Origin: Bacteroidales bacterium
Lineage (GTDB): Bacteria > Bacteroidota > Bacteroidia > Bacteroidales > VadinHA17
Length of the DNA: 64,000 bases
Assembly (NCBI GenBank): GCA_025454755.1
Contig: JALONV010000006.1
Location: forward strand, 1,161-65,160
Direction: 5' to 3'
The notes under the pieces were generated by a model. The model saw only the letters and a list, made by a program, of their open reading frames with translations, did no database searches and had not been told where the DNA came from. The first letter of the stretch is position 1; each line of letters starts with the position of its first letter. A program made the position numbers and the translations under genes. Below, one piece after another: positions 55,182 to 64,000 of the stretch.

Positions 55182-55505
55182 ATGCAAAAGAAATTACATA
55201 TCAAAAAGGGTGACACGGTTATGGTGATAACCGGTGAGTCAAAAGGGCAGAAAGGCCGCGTGCTGGAAGTCGACAGGAAGAAAGACAAGGCTATTGTTGA
55301 GAGTATCAATATGGTATCAAAGCACACCAAACCCAATTCGAAAGCGCCTCAGGGTGGAATCGTTAAGAAGGAAGCCCCGATACATCTTTCAAACCTGATG
55401 CTTTTAGATCCTGCATCCGGAAAACCGACGCGTATCGGAAAGAAACTCAATGAGAAAAATAAACTAGTGCGTTATTCTAAAAAATCAGGAGAGGAGATCA
55501 AGTAA
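55182..55505 (+). CDS. rplX: 50S ribosomal protein L24
   Basis: The KOW motif begins at [18 protein letters not shown]. The start was moved to the internal ATG 55182 because the ORF-track start overlaps rplN. Confidence 0.93.
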   Translation: MQKKLHIKKGDTVMVITGESKGQKGRVLEVDRKKDKAIVESINMVSKHTKPNSKAPQGGIVKKEAPIHLSNLMLLDPASGKPTRIGKKLNEKNKLVRYSKKSGEEIK

Positions 55506-56056
55506 TGTATACACCTGCACTGAAAACAAAATATAGTGAAGAGATCATTCCTGCATTGATGAAGGAATTCGGTTATAAAACCGTTATGCAGGTACCGAAG
55601 CTCGAAAAGATAGTTCTTAACCAGGGTGTCGGACAGGCCATTGCCGATAAGAAACTGCTTGAATCAGGAGTAAAGGAATTATCCGACATTGCCGGACAGA
55701 AAGCCGTTCTTACATACTCTTCAAAGGATATTTCAAATTTCAAGCTGAGAAAAAATATGCCTATCGGCATCATGGTTACTCTCAGAAAGGAGAGGATGTA
55801 CGAATTCCTTGAAAGGCTTATTTCGGTGGCCCTGCCCCGTATACGCGACTTCAAGGGCATCAATGCCAGGCTTGACGGCCGCGGCAATTATACTCTGGGA
55901 ATAACCGAACAGATAATATTCCCCGAGATTGACCTCGACAAGATATCAAAGATCATGGGTCTTCAGATAACATTTGTCACATCAGCAAATTCAGATGAGG
56001 AAGCACTTTCCCTTCTGAAGAATTTTGGTTTACCATTTAAAACATCTAAAAACTGA
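55505..56056 (+). CDS. rplE: 50S ribosomal protein L5
   Basis: 183 aa with L5 sequence and operon order. Confidence 0.97.
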   Translation: MYTPALKTKYSEEIIPALMKEFGYKTVMQVPKLEKIVLNQGVGQAIADKKLLESGVKELSDIAGQKAVLTYSSKDISNFKLRKNMPIGIMVTLRKERMYEFLERLISVALPRIRDFKGINARLDGRGNYTLGITEQIIFPEIDLDKISKIMGLQITFVTSANSDEEALSLLKNFGLPFKTSKN

Positions 56057-56060
56057 AAAT

Positions 56061-56330
56061 ATGGCTAAGGAATCAATGATAGCCCGCGAAGTAAAACGCG
56101 CAAAACTGGCAAAGAAATATGCCGAAAAAAGAGCCCAGCTTAAGTCTGAAGGCAATTATGTTGCCCTGAGCCGCCTTCCCAGGAACTCAAATCCCAACAG
56201 GCAGCGCAACCGCTGTAAGTTGACCGGCCGCACAAGAGGATATATGAGGCAGTTTGGCATCAGCAGGATAACCTTCAGGGAAATGGCGTCGTTCGGCCTG
56301 ATCCCGGGAATAAAAAAAGCCAGCTGGTAA
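56061..56330 (+). CDS. rpsN: 30S ribosomal protein S14 (long, non-zinc-ribbon form)
   Basis: [13 protein letters not shown]... ends in ..KASW. The start is at ATG 56061. Confidence 0.95.
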   Translation: MAKESMIAREVKRAKLAKKYAEKRAQLKSEGNYVALSRLPRNSNPNRQRNRCKLTGRTRGYMRQFGISRITFREMASFGLIPGIKKASW

Positions 56331-56369
56331 TTAAGGAAAGAAATATAAACTAAATAATAAGAATAAAAG

Positions 56370-56768
56370 ATGACTGATCCAATTGCAGATTTGCTGACCA
56401 GAGTGAGAAACGCTATCATGGCCGGTCACAAGATTGTGGAGGTCCCGGCTTCAGGTCTTAAGAAAGAGATCGCAAGAATACTTTTTGAAAAAGGTTATAT
56501 TCTGAGCTATAAGGTTGTTGAAGGAGAAACAGCGCAGGGTGTCCTGAAAATCGCTCTTAAATATAATCCTAAAAGCAAGAAGCCTGCTATTAAGGAACTG
56601 CAGCGTGTGAGCCGCCCCGGACTGAGGCATTATGCAGCAGCTGATGAGATGCCTAAGGTGTTGAACGGACTGGGAATTGCAATTATCTCTACCTCAAAGG
56701 GTTTGATGACCGACAAGGAGGCAAAGAAGGAAAACATAGGTGGTGAAGTGTTGTGTTACGTTTACTAA
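56370..56768 (+). CDS. rpsH: 30S ribosomal protein S8
   Basis: [15 protein letters not shown].... Confidence 0.98.
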   Translation: MTDPIADLLTRVRNAIMAGHKIVEVPASGLKKEIARILFEKGYILSYKVVEGETAQGVLKIALKYNPKSKKPAIKELQRVSRPGLRHYAAADEMPKVLNGLGIAIISTSKGLMTDKEAKKENIGGEVLCYVY

Positions 56769-56782
56769 AAGGAGGATAACTA

Positions 56783-57337
56783 ATGTCACGAATAGGAAAA
56801 TTACCTGTAAACCTGCCCAAGGGTGTCACTGTATCGGTTAGTGACAAAAATGTGGTTAGTGTGAAAGGACCCCTGGGAGAACTTTCCCAGAGTGTTGACA
56901 AGGACCTGAAGGTTGTGGTGGTGGAAAATCAGATAATTCTGAACAGGCCTTCCGAATCGAAAAACCATAAATCCATTCACGGTCTTTACCGTGCGCTTCT
57001 TGCAAATATGGTGACAGGTGTTTCGCAGGGATATAAGAAGGAGCTTGAGCTCGTTGGTGTTGGTTATCGTGCTGAAGCTAAAGGTCAGTTGCTTGAAATG
57101 AGCCTTGGCTATTCACATGATATAATTTTGGAGCTTCCGAAAGAAGTCAGGATTGAAACAAAAACCGAAAGAAGGAGCAATCCGGTTATTACTCTCACAA
57201 GCATCGATAAACAACTTATCGGACATGTGGCAGCAAAAATCAGATCTCTCCGTCCGCCGGAACCATATAAAGGTAAAGGTATCAAGTTTGTCGGCGAACA
57301 GCTCAGAAGAAAAGCTGGTAAATCGGCAAGTGTTTAA
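56783..57337 (+). CDS. rplF: 50S ribosomal protein L6
   Basis: MSRIGKLPV..P.GV.... Confidence 0.97.
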   Translation: MSRIGKLPVNLPKGVTVSVSDKNVVSVKGPLGELSQSVDKDLKVVVVENQIILNRPSESKNHKSIHGLYRALLANMVTGVSQGYKKELELVGVGYRAEAKGQLLEMSLGYSHDIILELPKEVRIETKTERRSNPVITLTSIDKQLIGHVAAKIRSLRPPEPYKGKGIKFVGEQLRRKAGKSASV

Positions 57338-57369
57338 GGTGTGTATTAATCAGGTAAAAGTTTAAAGAA

Positions 57370-57732
57370 ATGGCCTTAACAAAGTTGGAAAGCAGGACGA
57401 GGATCAAAATGAGGATCCGGAAAAAAATAAGCGGTACTGCCGCAATACCCAGACTGGCAGTATATCGCAGCAATAAACAGATATATGTTCAGGTAGTTGA
57501 CGACCTGAATAAAGTAACCCTTCTTGCAGTTTCATCAAAGGAGAAAGAAGTTGCCGATAAGTCGGCAGGAATAAAGAAGACCGAACAGGCCAGGCTTGTC
57601 GGAAAACTCCTGGCAGCAAAATGCAGGGAAAAAGGAATTGAATCGGTTGTATTCGATAGAAGCGGATATAAATATCATGGCAGAGTAAAATCATTGGCTG
57701 ATGCAGCCCGCGAAGGCGGATTAAAATTCTAA
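57370..57732 (+). CDS. rplR: 50S ribosomal protein L18
   Basis: 120 aa, ending ..[17 protein letters not shown]. Confidence 0.96.
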   Translation: MALTKLESRTRIKMRIRKKISGTAAIPRLAVYRSNKQIYVQVVDDLNKVTLLAVSSKEKEVADKSAGIKKTEQARLVGKLLAAKCREKGIESVVFDRSGYKYHGRVKSLADAAREGGLKF

Positions 57733-57738
57733 TGAATT

Positions 57739-58246
57739 ATGGCAGAAGGAATAAGAAAAGTAAAAACCAGCGACCTGGAACTTAAAGACAGGCTTGTTAG
57801 TATTCAGGAAGGTGACAAAAGGTGGACGTACATTCAGTTTCTCGGCAATAGTTGTCGTGGGTAATGAAAATGGCATAGTCGGCCATGGCCTTGGTAAAGC
57901 CAGTGAAGTAACAACTGCAATAGCTAAAGGCATCGAGGATGCCAAGAAGAACCTGATAAAAGTGCCGGTTATAAATGGAACTGTGCCTCACGAACAGGTA
58001 GCTAAATTTGGCGGTGCCAAGGTGTTCATCAAACCTGCTTCTCCAGGTACAGGAGTAAAGGCCGGAGGTGCCATGCGTGCTGTTCTCGAAAGCGTAGGAG
58101 TGAAAAACGTGCTTGCAAAATCCAAAGGCTCGTCGAATCCTCACAACCTTGTGAAAGCAACGTTTGCAGCCCTTCTGGAAATGCGCGACCCCTACTCAAT
58201 TGCAGAACACAGGGGAGTGAAAATGGAAAAAGTATTTAACGGTTAG
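57739..58246 (+). CDS. rpsE: 30S ribosomal protein S5, interrupted by an apparent frameshift near 57808
   Basis: The conserved N-terminus [23 protein letters not shown] is in the frame of ATG 57739. The conserved remainder [22 protein letters not shown]... is in the +1 frame (ORF-track ORF 57794..58246). Confidence 0.8.
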
Positions 58247-58260
58247 CAAAACAGATCGCG

Positions 58261-58440
58261 ATGGCAAAGATTCGTATAACCCAGGTGAAAAGTAAGAACG
58301 GGAAACCTGAAAGACAGAAGAGAACCCTTGAGGCTCTCGGTATCCGTAAACTGAACCATAGCGTTGAACTTGAAGCCACACCCCAGATCCTGGGAATGGT
58401 GAAAAAGATCAACCACCTGGTAAAAGTTGAGAATATTTAA
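58261..58440 (+). CDS. rpmD: 50S ribosomal protein L30
   Basis: My own translation gives MAKIRITQVKSKNGKPERQKRTLEALGIRKLNHSVELEATPQILGMVKKINHLVKVENI (59 aa, below the ORF-track cutoff). Confidence 0.93.
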   Translation: MAKIRITQVKSKNGKPERQKRTLEALGIRKLNHSVELEATPQILGMVKKINHLVKVENI

Positions 58441-58471
58441 GGTATAAACCATATTTATAAGATATAAAGTA

Positions 58472-58918
58472 ATGGATTTGAGTAATTTAAAACCTGCAAG
58501 AGGCTCTGTAAAAAGAAGCAAGCGTTTGGGTCGCGGACAAGGTTCAGGTAAAGGAGGAACCTCCACCAGAGGCCATAAAGGCGCTAAGTCCAGGTCAGGA
58601 TACAGCAAAAAAATCGGCTTTGAAGGAGGCCAGATGCCGCTTCAGAGAAGGGTTCCGAAATACGGTTTTAAAAATGTAAACCGCAAGGAGTATAAAGGCA
58701 TTAACATAGGTGTGCTGCAAAACCTTGCTGAAAACAATAAGCTCGAAAAGATCGACATTGAAGTTCTTATAAAAGCAGGACTGGTTTCGAAAAATGCACA
58801 GGTTAAGATCCTTGGAAAAGGGACACTTGAGAAAAAGCTGGAAGTGCATGCACATGCATTCAGCAAATCAGCTGTGGCAGCTATTGAAGCAAAAAACGGA
58901 ACTGTCGTAAAACTGTAA
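58472..58918 (+). CDS. rplO: 50S ribosomal protein L15
   Basis: LSNLKPARGS...GRGQGSGKGGTS.RGHKG. Confidence 0.97.
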   Translation: MDLSNLKPARGSVKRSKRLGRGQGSGKGGTSTRGHKGAKSRSGYSKKIGFEGGQMPLQRRVPKYGFKNVNRKEYKGINIGVLQNLAENNKLEKIDIEVLIKAGLVSKNAQVKILGKGTLEKKLEVHAHAFSKSAVAAIEAKNGTVVKL

Positions 58919-58922
58919 TTTC

Positions 58923-60260
58923 ATGAGATTCATTCAGACCATAAAGAACATTTTCAAGATAGAAGACCTTCGCGCAAGGCTGTTCTATACTTTTGGGATT
59001 GTATTGTTGTACAGGCTGGGGAAATACGTCTCCCTGCCCGGTATCAACCCTGAATACCTTACTAACCTTCAGGCAAACACTTCCAGTGGTATTATGGGAC
59101 TTTTTGATATGTTCTCGGGAGGAGCATTCTCCCAGGCTTCAATATTCGCCCTGGGGATCATGCCCTATATCTCTGCATCAATCGTCGTTCAGCTTCTTGG
59201 AATTGTATTTCCTTATTTCCAGAAGCTTCAGAAAGAAGGCGAAAGCGGACGGCGCAAACTGAACCAGTATACAAGATATCTGACTGTACTTATCCTTATC
59301 CTTCAGGCTCCGACTTACCTTATCAGCCTTACACGTACGCTTGATGGGGGCGCATTTGTTCTTTCAGGTTCATACCACCGTTTCTTTATGATTTCTTCCA
59401 CATTAATACTTACTGCCGGTACTATTTTCGTAATGTGGCTTGGAGAAAAAATTACCGATAAAGGTATCGGGAACGGTATCTCGCTTATAATTATGATTGG
59501 TATTATAGCCCGCCTGCCTCAGAATTTCCTTTTCGAAGCAGGAGCCAGAACTAATGGCGAAGGAGGCCCGATAGCACTCATAATGGAGATTATTCTCTGG
59601 TTTGTCGTAATCATCGGAACTATATTGCTGGTGCAGGGAACAAGAAGAGTGCCGGTCCAGTACGCAAGGCGTATAATAGGCAACAAGCAATACGGCGGAG
59701 TACGCCAGTATATTCCTCTGAAAGTTAACGCTGCCGGTGTTATGCCTATCATCTTTGCGCAGGCAATCATGATGGTGCCCATGCTTTTCGCAGGCTTCAG
59801 GGACCAGAGTTCAGCAGTTGTTGTCACATTCTCAAATATTTATGGATTCTGGTATAACTTTGTGACCGCTATTCTGATCGTCGCATTTACTTATTTTTAT
59901 ACAGCCATTACGATAAATCCCGTTCAGATGGCTGAGGATATGAAGAAGAACGGAGGTTTCATTCCAGGGATCAAACCCGGAAGAAAAACAGTTGAGTTCT
60001 TTGATATGATAATGTCAAGGATAACATTACCCGGTTCAATATTCCTGGCTATAATTGCTGTTCTGCCTGCTGTTGCAGTAATTGCCGGTGTAACACCGCA
60101 GTTTGCTCAGTTTTATGGCGGAACATCATTGTTGATCCTTGTGGGTGTTGTGCTTGACACGTTGCAGCAGATCGAGAGCCACCTGCTTATGCGTCATTAC
60201 GACGGCCTTATGAAATCAGGCCGGATAAAAGGACGCTCAGGTGCTGTCACTTCGATATAA
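58923..60260 (+). CDS. secY: Preprotein translocase subunit SecY
   Basis: 445 aa, 10 TM helices, operon position. Confidence 0.97.
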   Translation: MRFIQTIKNIFKIEDLRARLFYTFGIVLLYRLGKYVSLPGINPEYLTNLQANTSSGIMGLFDMFSGGAFSQASIFALGIMPYISASIVVQLLGIVFPYFQKLQKEGESGRRKLNQYTRYLTVLILILQAPTYLISLTRTLDGGAFVLSGSYHRFFMISSTLILTAGTIFVMWLGEKITDKGIGNGISLIIMIGIIARLPQNFLFEAGARTNGEGGPIALIMEIILWFVVIIGTILLVQGTRRVPVQYARRIIGNKQYGGVRQYIPLKVNAAGVMPIIFAQAIMMVPMLFAGFRDQSSAVVVTFSNIYGFWYNFVTAILIVAFTYFYTAITINPVQMAEDMKKNGGFIPGIKPGRKTVEFFDMIMSRITLPGSIFLAIIAVLPAVAVIAGVTPQFAQFYGGTSLLILVGVVLDTLQQIESHLLMRHYDGLMKSGRIKGRSGAVTSI

Positions 60261-60280
60261 TAAATTTTTTACGTTCTTTG

Positions 60281-61057
60281 ATGTTGTATTTGAAAACAGA
60301 TGAAGAGATCGGGTTGTTAATGGAAAGCAACATGCTGGTGTCGAAAACACTTGCTGAAGTTGCAAAACATATTAAACCCGGGGTCACAACTCTTTATCTC
60401 GATGAAATTGCCGAGACATTTATCCGCGATCATTCAGCTGTTCCGGCATTCAAGGGCTATGGAGGTTTCCCGAAAACACTCTGCACATCTGTCAATGAAG
60501 AGGTTGTTCACGGCATCCCGTCAGAATATGCACTCAGGGAAGGCGATATAATTTCCATCGACTGTGGCGTGATCCTCAACGGATGGTATGGCGACAGCGC
60601 CTATACATTTGCCGTAGGAGAGATCAGCAGGGAGCTCAGGAAATTGCTGGAGTATACAAAAGCATCTCTCGAGGAGGGAGTAAAGGCAGCTGTGGCAGGG
60701 AACAGGATAGGCGATATTTCTTCTGCGGTCCAGGTCAAAGCCGAGAGTGGAGGATTTTCAGTGGTGAGGGAGCTCGTGGGTCATGGAATAGGAAAGAAAC
60801 TGCATGAGCCGCCTGAAGTACCCAACTTCGGTAAGAGAGGAACTGGTCAGAAAATGGAAAAAGGACTGGTCATCTGCATTGAACCGATGATCAACCTGGG
60901 AAGCAAAGAGACTCTTCAGATGAGCGATGGATGGACAATAAAAACTGCTGACGGCAAACCTTCGGCACATTTTGAATATGCTGTAGCGGTCAATAAGGGA
61001 GAATCAGACGTATTGACAACATTTGATTTTATTGAAGAAATATTAAATATAATGTAA
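60281..61057 (+). CDS. map: Type I methionine aminopeptidase
   Basis: Metal ligands in the contexts [22 protein letters not shown] and EYAV. ATG 60281 is preferred over TTG 60278. Confidence 0.95.
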   Translation: MLYLKTDEEIGLLMESNMLVSKTLAEVAKHIKPGVTTLYLDEIAETFIRDHSAVPAFKGYGGFPKTLCTSVNEEVVHGIPSEYALREGDIISIDCGVILNGWYGDSAYTFAVGEISRELRKLLEYTKASLEEGVKAAVAGNRIGDISSAVQVKAESGGFSVVRELVGHGIGKKLHEPPEVPNFGKRGTGQKMEKGLVICIEPMINLGSKETLQMSDGWTIKTADGKPSAHFEYAVAVNKGESDVLTTFDFIEEILNIM

Positions 61058-61061
61058 TCGT

Positions 61062-61280
61062 ATGGCCAAACAACCATCAATTGAGCAGGACGGGACTATA
61101 ATTGAAGCCCTTTCAAATGCGATGTTCAGGGTTGAACTTGAAAACGGGCATGTAATTACTGCGCATATCTCCGGTAAGATGAGAATGCACTATATAAAGA
61201 TCCTGCCCGGCGATAAAGTCAAGGTTGAAATGTCACCATACGATCTGACAAAAGGTAGAATAACATTCAGGTATAAATAG
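61062..61280 (+). CDS. infA: Translation initiation factor IF-1
   Basis: 72 aa with an S1-like fold sequence (..[20 protein letters not shown]..). Confidence 0.97.
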   Translation: MAKQPSIEQDGTIIEALSNAMFRVELENGHVITAHISGKMRMHYIKILPGDKVKVEMSPYDLTKGRITFRYK

Positions 61281-61293
61281 AAACTTTAAGATA

Positions 61294-61410
61294 ATGAAAG
61301 TAAGAGCATCAGTAAAAAAGCGCAGCGCTGACTGCAAAATAGTCAGGAGAAAAGGGCGCATTTACGTTATCAACAAGAAAAATCCCAAGTTCAAACAGAG
61401 ACAGGGATAA
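61294..61410 (+). CDS. rpmJ: 50S ribosomal protein L36 (Cys-poor, non-zinc form)
   Basis: My own translation gives [38 protein letters not shown] (38 aa). Confidence 0.93.
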   Translation: MKVRASVKKRSADCKIVRRKGRIYVINKKNPKFKQRQG

Positions 61411-61450
61411 TTTAACTATTTTTGCAACTCAATTTTAAGAAAAGTAAAAT

Positions 61451-61828
61451 ATGGCACGAATTGTTGGGGTAGATCTACCAAGACATAAGAGAGGCGAAAT
61501 CGGTCTTACCTACATTTACGGGGTGGGAAGAAGCACTGCACAGAAAGTGCTCGATAAAGCCGGTGTTGACAGGAACGCTAAGGTTGAGGAGTGGACTGAT
61601 GAGCAGATCAATGCCATCCGCCGCATTCTCAATGAGAATTATAAGCTCGAGGGTGAGCTCCGTTCAGAGACACAGCTGAATATCAAGCGTTTGATGGATA
61701 TCGGATGCTACCGTGGTGTTCGCCACAGAATCGGGCTTCCCGTAAGAGGACAGAGCACAAAAAATAATGCCAGAACCCGTAAAGGCAGAAAGAAAACCGT
61801 TGCAAACAAGAAGAAAGCTACTAAATAA
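61451..61828 (+). CDS. rpsM: 30S ribosomal protein S13
   Basis: [10 protein letters not shown].... Confidence 0.98.
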   Translation: MARIVGVDLPRHKRGEIGLTYIYGVGRSTAQKVLDKAGVDRNAKVEEWTDEQINAIRRILNENYKLEGELRSETQLNIKRLMDIGCYRGVRHRIGLPVRGQSTKNNARTRKGRKKTVANKKKATK

Positions 61829-61835
61829 ATAAACT

Positions 61836-62225
61836 ATGGCAAAGAAGACTGGAGCATTAAAGAAGAGGATCGTCAAGGTTGAACCTACGGGCCAGGCACA
61901 TGTTCATTCATCATTCAATAATATAATTGTAACCCTGACCAACAATTCCGGACAGGTCATTTCATGGGCCTCCGCCGGTAAAATGGGATTCAAGGGTTCC
62001 AAGAAAAATACTCCTTATGCTGCTCAGATGGCATCTGAAGAGTGCGGAAAGGTAGCTTATGACCTTGGACTCAGGAAAGTCAAGGTATTTGTTAAAGGCC
62101 CCGGATCGGGACGTGAATCAGCTATCAGGGCTATCTCTAATGTTGGAATTGAAGTAACAGAGATCGTTGATGTTACACCGATGCCGCACAATGGCTGCCG
62201 TGCACCGGGAAGAAGGAGAGTATAA
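61836..62225 (+). CDS. rpsK: 30S ribosomal protein S11
   Basis: 129 aa, ..PHNGCR.PK.RRV-type end. Confidence 0.97.
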   Translation: MAKKTGALKKRIVKVEPTGQAHVHSSFNNIIVTLTNNSGQVISWASAGKMGFKGSKKNTPYAAQMASEECGKVAYDLGLRKVKVFVKGPGSGRESAIRAISNVGIEVTEIVDVTPMPHNGCRAPGRRRV

Positions 62226-62261
62226 TTAAGTTTAATAGTCTGATAAAAAAATAGTAGTACA

Positions 62262-62870
62262 ATGGCAAGATATACCGGCCCAAAATCAAGAGTCGCAAGA
62301 AAATTCGGAGATCCTATATTCGGCCCCGATAAACATCTCGATAGAAAAAATTTCCCCCCCGGCCAGCATGGGCTCAACAAAAAAAGAAAAAAGACTTCAG
62401 AATATGGAGTTCAGCTCAGGGAAAAACAGAAGGCAAAATATACCTATGGGGTACTTGAACGTCAGTTCAGGAACACCTTTGAAAAAGCTTTAAGATCAAA
62501 GGGAGTAACAGGGGAGGTCCTTCTTCAGCTTCTGGAATCCCGTCTCGACAATGTTGTATACCGTCTGGGTGTGGCTCCCTCAAGGGCATCTGCACGTCAG
62601 CTGGTTTCACACCGCCATATTACTGTAAACGGGAAAGTTGTAAATATACCTTCTTTCCAGTTGAAACAGGGTGATATAATTGGTGTCCGCGAGAAGTCAA
62701 AATCACTTGAGAACATAGTTGATTCACTCACAACAAGGAAATCATCCAAGCTTGCATGGCTTGAATGGGACGATACACAGATGGCAGGCAAATACATGAG
62801 CGTGCCGCAGCGTTCTGATATTCCTGAAGACATTAAAGAACAGCTTATTGTTGAATTGTATTCAAAGTAA
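62262..62870 (+). CDS. rpsD: 30S ribosomal protein S4
   Basis: [11 protein letters not shown].., S4 RNA-binding domain. Confidence 0.97.
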   Translation: MARYTGPKSRVARKFGDPIFGPDKHLDRKNFPPGQHGLNKKRKKTSEYGVQLREKQKAKYTYGVLERQFRNTFEKALRSKGVTGEVLLQLLESRLDNVVYRLGVAPSRASARQLVSHRHITVNGKVVNIPSFQLKQGDIIGVREKSKSLENIVDSLTTRKSSKLAWLEWDDTQMAGKYMSVPQRSDIPEDIKEQLIVELYSK

Positions 62871-62888
62871 TTATTTAAGATAAATTCT

Positions 62889-63881
62889 ATGGCCATATTA
62901 TCATTCCAGAAGCCCGACAAAGTAATAATGCTGGAAGCGGATGAAAAACTCGGTAAATTCGAGTTCCGTCCACTTGAACCTGGCTATGGTATTACTGTAG
63001 GTAATGCTCTGAGAAGAATACTTCTCTCTTCACTCGAAGGTTTTGCGATCACCACAATAAAGATTGATGGTATCGACCACGAGTTCTCAACTATTAAAGG
63101 TATCATTGAAGATGTTACCGAAATCATCCTTAACCTGAAACAGGTCAGGTTCAAAAGAATAGTTGATGATGTCGATCATGAAAAAGTCACCGTGAAGATC
63201 CACAACAAAGAGGTATTCAAAGCCGGAGACCTTAACAATGCATTAAGCAGTTTTGAGGTTCTTAATCCCGAGTTGATTCTCTTCAGAACGGAGTCTGATG
63301 TGAAGCTTCATATTGAACTCACCATCAACAAGGGCCGTGGATATGTTCCGGCTGAGGAAAATGAACCTGCCGACGCTGAATTCGGACTGATAGCCATTGA
63401 CTCTATCTTCACACCGGTAAGAAATGTGAAATATTCAATAGAGAATTACCGTGTTGAGGAAAAAACCGACTATGAAAAGCTCCTCTTTGAGATTGAAACC
63501 GACGGTTCAATTCATCCCAAGGAAGCACTCAAGGAAGCTGCCAAAATACTCATATATCATTTCATGCTCTTCTCTGATGAAAAGATAACCCTTGATTCCG
63601 ATGATAAGCTTGCAAATGAGGAATTTGACGAGGAAGTTCTGCATATGAGACAGCTGCTTAAGACAAAGCTGATCGATCTGGATCTTTCAGTTAGAGCTCT
63701 GAACTGTCTTAAAGCCGCTGAAGTTGAGACACTTGGTGATCTTGTTAAATTCAACAAGAACGATCTTCTCAAATTCAGGAACTTCGGAAAAAAATCACTC
63801 ACGGAACTTGATGAGCTTCTCGAATCAATGAACCTTTCATTTGGGATGGATGTGAGCAAATACAAGTTAGACAAAGATTAA
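62889..63881 (+). CDS. rpoA: DNA-directed RNA polymerase subunit alpha
   Basis: 330 aa with NTD and CTD (..[21 protein letters not shown]..). Confidence 0.97.
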   Translation: MAILSFQKPDKVIMLEADEKLGKFEFRPLEPGYGITVGNALRRILLSSLEGFAITTIKIDGIDHEFSTIKGIIEDVTEIILNLKQVRFKRIVDDVDHEKVTVKIHNKEVFKAGDLNNALSSFEVLNPELILFRTESDVKLHIELTINKGRGYVPAEENEPADAEFGLIAIDSIFTPVRNVKYSIENYRVEEKTDYEKLLFEIETDGSIHPKEALKEAAKILIYHFMLFSDEKITLDSDDKLANEEFDEEVLHMRQLLKTKLIDLDLSVRALNCLKAAEVETLGDLVKFNKNDLLKFRNFGKKSLTELDELLESMNLSFGMDVSKYKLDKD

Positions 63882-63908
63882 TTTGAAATTCGGGAAGGAA
63901 ACATAACA

Positions 63909-64000
63909 ATGCGACACTCAAGAGTTATAAATCATTTAGGAAGGACGAGTTCACACAGGGAGTCGATGCTTTCAAATATGGCTGTATCACTTATAATGCA
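63909..64000 (+). CDS. rplQ: 50S ribosomal protein L17 (5' part, truncated by window end)
   Basis: My own translation gives MRHSRVINHLGRTSSHRESMLSNMAVSLIM.., typical of an L17 N-terminus. Confidence 0.9.
   Translation, partial: MRHSRVINHLGRTSSHRESMLSNMAVSLIM

Noticed and set aside
57800-57812. Programmed +1 ribosomal frameshift in rpsE (prfB-like)
   Set aside because: There is no in-frame stop codon at the shift site and no recognisable slippery/SD-like stimulator. About three conserved residues are also missing. An 8-nt deletion or assembly error fits better. It is kept as a finding only as an anomaly to verify.
56061-61410. Zinc-free forms of S14 (long form) and L36 (single Cys) as a sign of zinc-limitation paralogs linked to the ZIP module
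   Set aside because: These are the only copies in the main ribosomal operon. As far as I recall, this is the normal state in Bacteroidota, so it is not an accessory paralog switch.
1-64000. tRNA, rRNA, tmRNA, transposase, integrase, prophage, toxin-antitoxin, restriction-modification or other defence genes
   Set aside because: I scanned intergenic regions and the ORF list by eye. I found no T-arm-like GGTTCGAAT motifs in intergenic DNA and no ORF with transposase, recombinase, nuclease-defence or reverse-transcriptase signatures. A computational scan (tRNAscan-SE, Infernal, DefenseFinder/PADLOC) would be needed to be certain.

Overview
This is a chromosomal segment of a Bacteroidota-type genome. 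Supporting signs are a T9SS type-B C-terminal sorting domain, a TonB-dependent receptor with a CarboxypepD_reg-like N-terminus, TAnnTTTG -7 promoter boxes, and an rpsL-rpsG-fusA operon without tuf. The right third (46.7-64 kb, + strand) is the conserved str/S10/spc/alpha ribosomal super-operon: rpsL through secY, map, infA, rpmJ, rpsM-K-D, rpoA, and rplQ cut by the window edge. The left two thirds hold housekeeping and transport genes. These include aspA (partial), a sigma-54 response regulator, a NatAB-like ABC pair, grpE-dnaJ, murA, an M1 aminopeptidase, two metal-transporter genes, capA-like, kup and an acyl-CoA ligase/tandem-GNAT/FAD-oxidoreductase trio. They also include cstA, dedA, a porin, ogt, a TPP-riboswitch-controlled thiamine uptake operon (TonB receptor, PnuT, thiamine pyrophosphokinase) and a 7TM-LuxR regulator. 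The rest are uvrD/pcrA, a T9SS cargo protein, phzF-like, a TetR-TolC-MFP-RND efflux operon with a trailing PII-like gene, and an EF-G paralog. I saw no transposase, integrase, phage, CRISPR-cas, restriction or recognised defence genes, and no tRNA or rRNA, so I cannot point to a clear novel multi-gene system. The unusual content is as follows. (i) Several families of short GC-rich or short-unit palindromic repeat elements occupy most intergenic gaps. One sits in frame inside pnuT, and others donate C-terminal tails and stop codons to flanking genes. (ii) A ZIP-family transporter carries an inserted cyclic-nucleotide-binding-like domain and sits next to a His-rich metal permease. (iii) An EF-G paralog lacks the catalytic His. 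(iv) There is an apparent frameshift in rpsE. (v) The sigma-54 activator has no HTH. (vi) A PII-like gene trails the RND operon. All family assignments rest on motif recognition by eye. No database search or folding computation was run.
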